A stretch of DNA of 32,000 bases from Candidatus Saccharimonadota bacterium (GTDB taxonomy: Bacteria > Bacillota_I > Bacilli_A > Mycoplasmatales > Hepatoplasmataceae), in NCBI GenBank assembly GCA_027925225.1, contig AP027131.1:60001-92000 (forward strand), read 5' to 3'. Position 1 is the first letter of the stretch. The number at the start of each line of letters is the position of its first letter. The position numbers were made by a program, and so were the translations under genes. This document shows positions 10,386-17,313 of the stretch, piece after piece. The notes below the pieces were generated by a model, which was given only the letters and a program-made list of their open reading frames with translations, had not been told where the DNA came from and ran no database searches.

Positions 10386-11473
10386 ATGTTATTTTTATTA
10401 ATTTTTCTTGAAATTAATGCCAATACTAAAAATAGCAATATATAAAAATATGTTAATATAAAATATATGTTATAAGCTAAATAAGACATTTTAATATTAG
10501 ATTCATTGAAATCTGGGTTGTAAAGATTTAAATTTCAATGAAATAAATGAGGAAAAAATAATTCATTTATTACTGTATTATTGTTTAGCATAGTATTTCC
10601 AATATAATATGTTTTATCTGGAATTAGGCTAGTGTTATTAAGAGAAGTTATAAGAATTGATTGCAATGCAAAAAAAGGATAAAATATTGTACATATTAAA
10701 TATGGCACTTCTTCTTTTTGCGTATTAAGAGCAATACTTACATTTAAAGCATTATTTGAAGCATCATAATATAAATAATTATCAATTTCTTTAAAAGTCA
10801 CTTTATTTGTTTCACTATCTACTGCATCAACTATTATGCTTGGTCTACAAAATGAAATTTTTATAAATACAAGATCCATTATTAAATATATAAAAACAAT
10901 AGCAAACATTATTATGAAAAAATTTTTTACTGTTTTTGTAATATTTTCAACAAAAAAGCAAACTAACATAATAATTATTGAAATTAATAAAACACTATAA
11001 TATAATCAAAAAAAGTTAATTTCACTAAAAACAAAGGAAAATGTTAAATAATTACTAGTTTCTGGTTTAAAATCATTGATTGTATTATCAATAACAGCTC
11101 CTAAAATTATTATTAAATAAATAAATATTGTTAAAATGATTACATTTAAAATTATCGAAGAATAATTTTTAAGATGATATTTTTCTTCTCCTCTTATTTT
11201 AGAATAGATATTTGATTTTTTTAAATTGTAGATAAACAAACCATAATTAAATGTAAAAAACAAAATTATGCTTATTACAATAACTATTGAATACATTTCA
11301 TAAAAATTCAATGTGCTTATAGAAATATAAATTATTAAAAAAACAAAAAAATAAAATAACATTTGTTTTCAAGAACACATTTTTTTAAAATAAAGTGTAA
11401 AAAAACAAAAAAAGCTTAAATTTTTATTTTCTTTTTTATTATTTATATTATTTTTAATTTTTATATTATTCAT
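10379..11473 (-). CDS. Multi-pass membrane protein, paralog C of the 3-copy family
   Basis: ATG at 11473 (MNNIKIKNNINNKKENKNLSFFCFF...). Track ORFs 11006-11362 and 10535-10969 are in frame. The TGA at 10535-10537 reads through to TAA at 10379-10381. 364 aa. Confidence 0.75.
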
Positions 11474-11689
11474 ATTTTGTGTTTAATTATTAAATTTTTT
11501 TCTAATTTTAAATATAATGTTATTTTTTTACTGATTATATTTTATAAGTTTGTTTTTTAAATAAAGATTTTTTATTTTAATAATCTAATTAATTTTATAA
11601 TATTATTTTTAAATTTATAAAATCCTTTTCTAGAAATTAAAAGTTTTTTAAAAAAACATAAAAAACCTAAATGTGAATTTAAAAGTGAT

Positions 11690-11743
11690 ATATAAAAATA
11701 CATTTTAAAATATAATTATGTAGAAAAAATTGATATTGATTAA
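11690..11743 (+). pseudogene. 3' fragment of a sixth family-P gene
   Basis: Reads ...KYILKYNYVEKIDID-TAA (stop at 11741-11743), matching the conserved family C-terminus (KYNYSEKIDID). No upstream coding part remains. Confidence 0.5.
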
Positions 11744-11754
11744 TAGGAGGAAAA

Positions 11755-12063
11755 ATGCAAAAATTTTATAATTTTGAAATTACATTTAAAGTTAATAAAA
11801 TAGATCAAACAGATTTTTTAAAAAATTTAAAAACAATTAAAAATGAATTAACTAATAAAAATGTTTTGCCAATTTATATAACATTATTTAAAAATATTGA
11901 TAAAAATAAAGATTTTTTTACAATATATTTAGGTTTTATGAGTGATAAAGGTTTTGATGAATGAAAGAAAAATGTTCCTCAAGAGTTAAAAAATATATAC
12001 AATAATAATTTAAAAAAATATGTTATTAAAACAGACCACAAAGAACAACAAAGCATTGACTAA
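11755..12063 (+). CDS. Small charged protein, family P copy 4 (102 aa, most divergent N-terminus)
   Basis: AGGAGG SD, then ATG at 11755. One in-frame TGA (..GFDEWKKNVPQE..). TAA at 12061-12063. Confidence 0.65.
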
Positions 12064-12122
12064 TTAAATAAAATATAAAATATTAAATTTATTTATGAAA
12101 TATATTTTTTATGGAGTTTAAA

Positions 12123-12434
12123 ATGAAAAAATTAATTATAGATGATGTAACTTACAAAATTGAAAAAGAAGAAGATCAAAAAGCTTTTATTGAAAAAATG
12201 AAAGAAGTAAAAAGTAAATTAAAAAAAATTAACTTACTTCCTACTAAATTTTCTTTATATAGAGATATCGATAAAGATAAAGATACTTTTAAGCTTTATA
12301 TGGTATTTGATTCTGATGAAGATTTTGATAAATGAGATGAAAAATTTCCTCAAGAAATTAGAGATATCTTTATAAATTATTTTCGTAAATATCTTATAAA
12401 ATATAATTATTCAGAAGAAATTGATATTGATTAA
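12123..12434 (+). CDS. Small charged protein, family P copy 5 (103 aa)
   Basis: GGAG SD, then ATG at 12123 (MKKLIIDDVTYKIEKEED...). The track start at 12111 is less likely. The TGA at 12333-12335 reads as Trp. TAA at 12432-12434. Confidence 0.7.
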
Positions 12435-12454
12435 TTAATTATTTAATTATAAAA

Positions 12455-12478
12455 AATACTGCTAAAGCAGTATTTTTT
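12455..12478 (+). terminator. Rho-independent terminator after P4-P5
   Basis: AATACTGC-TAAA-GCAGTATT followed by a T-run. It is a near copy of the terminator at 10357-10385. Confidence 0.55.
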
Positions 12479-12520
12479 ATATAAAAATCAATTAGCTAAA
12501 ACCAATCAATTAACCAAAAC
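12479..12520 (-). repeat. Orphan CRISPR-repeat remnants (two tandem partial repeats, no spacer)
   Basis: TATAAAAATCAATTAGCTAAAAC followed by CAATCAATTAACCAAAAC. The second contains 16 nt (ATCAATTAACCAAAAC) identical to the 3' part of the plus-strand array repeat. Orientation is the same as the array. Confidence 0.6.
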
Positions 12521-12603
12521 ATATTTTAAGTATATTTAATAGGTTTATATAATTTTTCATTTTTTTTGTTTAAGTTTATATTTATTTTAGGGAGATAAAT
12601 ATT

Positions 12604-12747
12604 ATGGAAAAAGAAAACCATAAACATCAATTTAAATGCGAACACTGTGGACATGAATATAAAAGCAAATATGAAGAAAAAGAGTGCCCTGAGTGCGGAG
12701 CAATGAATCAATGCAAAATAAAAGATGAAGAAAATAAAGAGATTTAA
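12604..12747 (+). CDS. 47-aa zinc-ribbon mini-protein (CxxC...CxxC)
   Basis: GGGAG SD lies 8 nt upstream of the ATG at 12604. Sequence MEKENHKHQFKCEHCGHEYKSKYEEKECPECGAMNQCKIKDEENKEI, with TAA at 12745-12747 and a hairpin terminator following. Confidence 0.5.
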   Translation: MEKENHKHQFKCEHCGHEYKSKYEEKECPECGAMNQCKIKDEENKEI

Positions 12748-12765
12748 ATATCTCTTTATTTTTTA
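12736..12765 (+). terminator. Hairpin terminator between the zinc-ribbon gene and the convergent aldolase
   Basis: AAAGAGAT-TTAAAT-ATCTCTTT followed by ATTTTTT. Confidence 0.45.
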
Positions 12766-12771
12766 TAAAAA

Positions 12772-13629
12772 TTATTTTAATCAATTTTTATTATCGGCAC
12801 CAACTGCTTTTATTTTTTCTTTTGCAATTTCTTTTGCTTTATTTATCCCAACTTGAAAGATTTTTCTTAAATCAAATGCTTCAGGATTTTTATCCATATA
12901 TTCTAAAATTCCAGAGATAATAGCTTTTTTAAGTTCGCTATCAAAATTAGCTTTTCTAATTCCTGCACTTACAGCTTTGCTGATTTGCTCTAATGGAATT
13001 CCAGTTCCGCCATGCAGTACTAGAGGAACTTTTCCTTTGCTAGAAATTTCTTTTATTAAATCAAAATTAATTTTTGGTTCTTTGCAATAAAAACCATGAC
13101 TAGTTCCACAAGCAATTGCTAACATATCAATATTAGTATTATCAATAAATTTTATTGCATCTTCTACTTTTGTAAAATGATCATTATCTTCTTCTATATC
13201 ATCTTCTTTTCCGCCAATTATTCCAATTTCCGCTTCTAATGTTATATTTTCATTTTTAATAAGATTTCTAACTTTGTTTGTAATTTCAATATTTTCTTTA
13301 AATGACAATGTAGACCCATCAATCATTAATGATGTATAACCAAGCTCAAGTGATTTCTGATGATATTTAATATCGCGTCCATGATCTAAATGAACAGCAA
13401 CAGGAATTTTTGCTTTCTTTGCACAAGCAATAATAATTGCCGCTAACTCTTCGTGTCCAGCATAATTTATTCCTCCCTCGGTTGTTTGTAAAATAATTGG
13501 AGCATTTAATTCTTCTGCAGCAAGAATTGCAGCTTTTGCTCCTTCTAAATTTACGACTCCAAAAGCAGGAACTGCATATTTATTTTTTATTGCATCTTTT
13601 AATAAAATTTTTCCACCTACAAGGGGCAT
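12772..13629 (-). CDS. fba: Class II ketose-bisphosphate aldolase (fructose- or tagatose-1,6-bisphosphate aldolase family), 285 aa
   Basis: MPLVGGKILLKDAIKNKYAVPAFGVVNLE..., PVAVHLDHG and PLVLHGGTGIP. The track stop at 12781-12783 is TGA, so the protein runs 2 more codons past that Trp codon to TAA at 12772-12774. Substrate specificity cannot be decided from sequence alone. Confidence 0.85.
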
Positions 13630-13824
13630 AATTTCACCTCTTTAAAATACTATTTTTAACTTTAATATACTCCTTTTTTAAAGAAATTAGTTTTAATTAA
13701 TTTTAAAGTTTTATCATTAATTTGTAAAAAGAAATAAAAATATAATAAAAGGAGGATTGGTCATTTATTTTTTAATAACTAAAAACTTTATTTTACTTGG
13801 CGGTTTAAAAAAAGGAGGTTATTA

Positions 13825-14898
13825 ATGACGAAAGAGCTATTATTTTTTTCTTCTGGAAATACAAAAACAGAAGTTAAGAAAATTGACGATAAAAAAAAGA
13901 TTCCCAAAAATGAGCGTGATTCTTTTATTGATTTTAGTAGATTTTTTCATCCATCTAAATGATCATCTGAAGATTTTACATTGTATTCAATGATTGTTTT
14001 CATTATAATTCTACTTTTAATTTCTATAGTTAATATAGTCCTTTTTGGTTTGGGGTTTGATGCCAGTAATCAATCGGCTTTTGGGAAAACAATTAATGGA
14101 AAAGAAGGAATAGTATTGGAGGATGGTTTTTCAAAAACTAACGGTTTTTATATTGTTTCTTGAATTTTATTATTTTTATCATTAATTGCGTCTGTTTTTC
14201 AATTTATGTCCAATATCTTTTTAATTAAATTTTCAAAAAGATTTATTTGATGAAATCAAATTTCTATGTTTTCATTTTTACTTATAGATATTGTTTATGG
14301 AGCATGATGAATTGCAATTTCACAAATTATTGGACTTGTTCTTGGACAACAACGTTATTTTGCATGAGATAAACAAGATAAAAAAACAGATATTGATCCA
14401 TATAAATCACAACTTAATATTAAATGATTAGTAATTGTGGGGGGGGTTGCAGTTGTTTTTGTTCTTGCTTCTGTTTTACTAATTACACCAACAATATTTA
14501 CAGATAATAAAGAATTTTATACATATGTTGAAGGTACACCATCAGATATACCAAATGATGTAGATGTTATAGAAAGTACTATTCATCAATCTGGTAATTT
14601 TACAACATATGGTTATACTGTAGAGTCTGGACTACTTTATGATGTTGCTCCTTGATGAGATATGGTAGTAGGAATTTTTCAAGTTTCAGGATTAATTCTG
14701 CTTACACGTAAAACATATTGAGCATGAATTTCATTTGAAGTAGCTATGGCAGCACAAATGGTTGTTTACTTTGAAGCAGGAAATTTAATTCTTTCAATTC
14801 AAAGTATTCTATTATTTATTTCTAATTTATTACCACTTTACTACTGATTTACAATGAACAAAAAATCAGCAAGAAAAGCAAAACAAGGTATAGCTTAA
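13825..14898 (+). CDS. Multi-pass membrane protein, tentatively PnuC-like (riboside transporter family), 357 aa
   Basis: AAAGGAGG SD, then ATG at 13825. Track ORFs 13981 and 14437 are in frame, joined by many TGA codons. It is Trp-rich with a two-repeat TM organisation, and the C-terminal LTRKTYWAWISFEV...LLPLYYWF resembles PnuC. Family assignment is from memory only. Confidence 0.45.
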
Positions 14899-14910
14899 AG
14901 GAGGAATAAG

Positions 14911-15345
14911 ATGAAAGTTTATATTATTGCAAAAGATAATTTTAGAGAATATGCAAACAATTTAAATGATTACATTAAAAATATTCTTAAAAAAGATGTT
15001 TTGTTTTTTTTAAAAGAAGACAATTTATCTTATATAAAAGAGATTGTTAATATAAGTGAAAAAATAGTACTAAATAATAATAAAGATAGACTTATAACAA
15101 TTGATGAATCTGGCGGATTAGGATTTTGTGCTGCTGCAAAAGTTAAAAAAATGATTGTGGCACAATGCGCCGATCAACACTCTGCACATATGACAAGAGA
15201 ACACAATAATGCTTTAGGTATAAGTTTAGGGGCTGATATCACAAATATATTTATTGCAAAAGAAATATCAAAATTATTTCTTGAAACAGAATTTGCAGCC
15301 GGAAGACACATGATAAGAATTGACATGTTAAATAAATTGGGATAG
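14911..15345 (+). CDS. lacA: Galactose-6-phosphate isomerase subunit LacA (RpiB/LacA/LacB family)
   Basis: 144 aa. MTREHNNALGISLG and the C-terminal GRHMIRIDMLNKLG match the LacA signature (GRHQIRVDMLNK). Confidence 0.85.
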   Translation: MKVYIIAKDNFREYANNLNDYIKNILKKDVLFFLKEDNLSYIKEIVNISEKIVLNNNKDRLITIDESGGLGFCAAAKVKKMIVAQCADQHSAHMTREHNNALGISLGADITNIFIAKEISKLFLETEFAAGRHMIRIDMLNKLG

Positions 15346-15354
15346 GAGAGAAAA

Positions 15355-15849
15355 ATGAAGATTGTAATAGGTTGTGACCATATTGTTACTGATGTTAAAG
15401 ATAAATTAAAAGAATCTTTAATTTCAAAAGGTCATGAAGTTTATGATGTTGGTACATATGATTTTGTAAGAACTCATTATCCAATTTTTGGTCAAAAAAT
15501 TGCTGAAAATGTTGCAAGCAAAAAATATGATATTGGTGTTGCAATTTGTGGAACTGGTGTAGGAATATCAAATTCTAGTCAAAAAATAAAGGGTGCAAGA
15601 GTTGCGCTTGTAAGAGATTTATTAAGTGCAGAAATTGCCCGTTCACAATATGATGCAAATATTATTGCTTTTGGCGGAAGAATAACAGGTCTTGGAATTA
15701 TGGAAGAAGCAATTGATGTTTTTATAAATACTAAGTTTAATGGCGAAAAAGAAGTTGTAAACTTTTTAGATAATATTGTTAAAAAAAATAAAACAGTTTC
15801 ATTTAAAAAAGAATTGAAAGACTGAGAAAAAGGAAAATATCATGATTAA
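15355..15849 (+). CDS. lacB: Galactose-6-phosphate isomerase subunit LacB (RpiB family), 164 aa
   Basis: MKIVIGCDHIVTD...THYPIFG...AICGTGVGISN. The TGA at 15823-15825 reads as Trp and restores the typical LacB end, WEKGKYHD. TAA at 15847-15849. Confidence 0.88.
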
Positions 15850-16879
15850 CACAAAAAATAAAGATAACAAAGAACTTTTACTTGCGGTTGATATTGGTGG
15901 AACTTTTATCAAATTAGCTATTATTACACGAGAAGGATTAATGCTTGATCGTTGAAGAATTAAAACTAATACAAATGAAAAAGGAAAATATATTCCTGAA
16001 GAAATAACAAATCAATTTAAAAATAAATTAAATGAAGAAAAATATCAAAATAAAAAGGCAATTGCAATGGGAATCGGAATTCCTGGTTTTCCTGCACTTG
16101 ATGGAACTGTTAAGTTTTCCGGAAATATTGGATGAAAAAATTATGATGTAAAAAAAGATCTTAAGAAATGATGAAATGATTTACCAATAGCTGTACATAA
16201 TGATTGTGATATGGCTGCACTTGGAGAAAAGTTTGTTGGTAATTTTAAAAAAGTTGATAATTTTGTTTTTATAACATTGGGAACAGGAATGGGTGCTGGA
16301 ATTTTAATTAATGGAAAATTATATCAAGGTTCAGGGGGAACGGCCGGTGAAATTGGCCATATTCCAATTCAAGGTTTTAAAACAAGATTTCAATGTACTT
16401 GTGGATTACCTGAATGTGCTGAACCTACTTTTTCAGCAACCGGATTAATCAATATATATAATGAATTTAGAAGTAAAAATTCTAATATTAAAAGTATTCT
16501 TGATGATAAAGAAATAAATGGGAAAAATATTTGAGATGCAGTTAGAGAAAATGATAAATTAGCAATAATGGCTGCAAAAGAATTTGGAGAATATGGAGGA
16601 AGATTATTAGCCACTGTTGCAATGTCTTATAATCCAGAAGTAATTATTCTGGGCGGCGGGCTTGCTCATGATAATGAAACAATACTTGAATATGTTATTC
16701 CTGTTTATAAAAAATTTACACATGATTTTATAAGAGAAACAACAAGAGTTGAATTATGTAGTGTTGGAAATGATGCTGGACTCTATGGAGCATCATATTC
16801 AGCAATGATTTTATATGATCAAAATATGCTTAATTTTGTAAACCATTATTATGCTACAAAAAATGAATCTGTTTTATAA
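15842..16879 (+). CDS. ROK-family sugar kinase (glucokinase-like), 345 aa
   Basis: The ATG at 15842 overlaps the lacB end. LLLAVDIGGTFIKLA, GGTAGEIGHIP and the ROK zinc motif CTCGLPECAEP. Track ORFs 16211 and 16568 are in frame, joined by TGA. Confidence 0.85.
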
Positions 16880-16910
16880 ATTCATTTTTATGAGTTAATT
16901 AACATTAAAA

Positions 16911-16939
16911 AAACTTCTTTACTAAAAAGAAGTTTTTTT
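16911..16939 (+). terminator. Rho-independent terminator after the ROK kinase gene
   Basis: AAACTTCTT-TACTAAA-AAGAAGTTT followed by T7. Confidence 0.6.
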
Positions 16940-16944
16940 AATTT

Positions 16945-17040
16945 TATTTCATTTAATTATAAATATCAATTAACTAAAACACATTATTCACAAAGTGTTA
17001 TTTATAAATATCAATTAACTAAAACACATTATAAATATAC
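16945..17040 (-). repeat. Degenerate CRISPR repeats detached from the main array
   Basis: 16945-16980 (TATTTCATTTAATTATAAATATCAATTAACTAAAAC) matches about 29 of 36 repeat positions. 17003-17025 (TATAAATATCAATTAACTAAAAC) is a 23-nt partial repeat. The core TATAAATAT recurs at 17030-17038. Confidence 0.7.
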
Positions 17041-17313
17041 CATTTTCTTTTTTTTTTAAAAAGTATTTTTACATTATTCAATTTATTTTTATATAATTTT
17101 TTTATAAATTAAACATAATTAAATTTTTAAATATACAAATAAAAAATTTAGAAAGGTATTTAAGTGGATAAGGAAACAACAATTTTAATAATTTCATTTA
17201 TTTTATGTTTGTTAGAAAATAATATAAATTTTATTATACATATTGAAAAAAAGGAAAATTTTTCTTTACACAGAAATTTATTAATAATTTTATTTTTTTT
17301 TATTTTTATACAT

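Noticed and set aside
12526-12711. Track ORF 12526-12711 (-), 61 aa
   Set aside because: It overlaps the plus-strand zinc-ribbon ORF, which has an SD, CxxC pairs and a terminator. The minus ORF is Phe-rich antisense noise with no SD.
16390-16614. Track ORF 16390-16614 (-), and similar shadow ORFs 25986-26219 (-), 26002-26196 (+), 27668-27865 (-), 28499-28723 (-) and 29666-29914 (-)
   Set aside because: All lie inside, and antisense to or out of frame with, well-supported conserved genes: the ROK kinase, fusA, the Panacea-domain gene and tuf.
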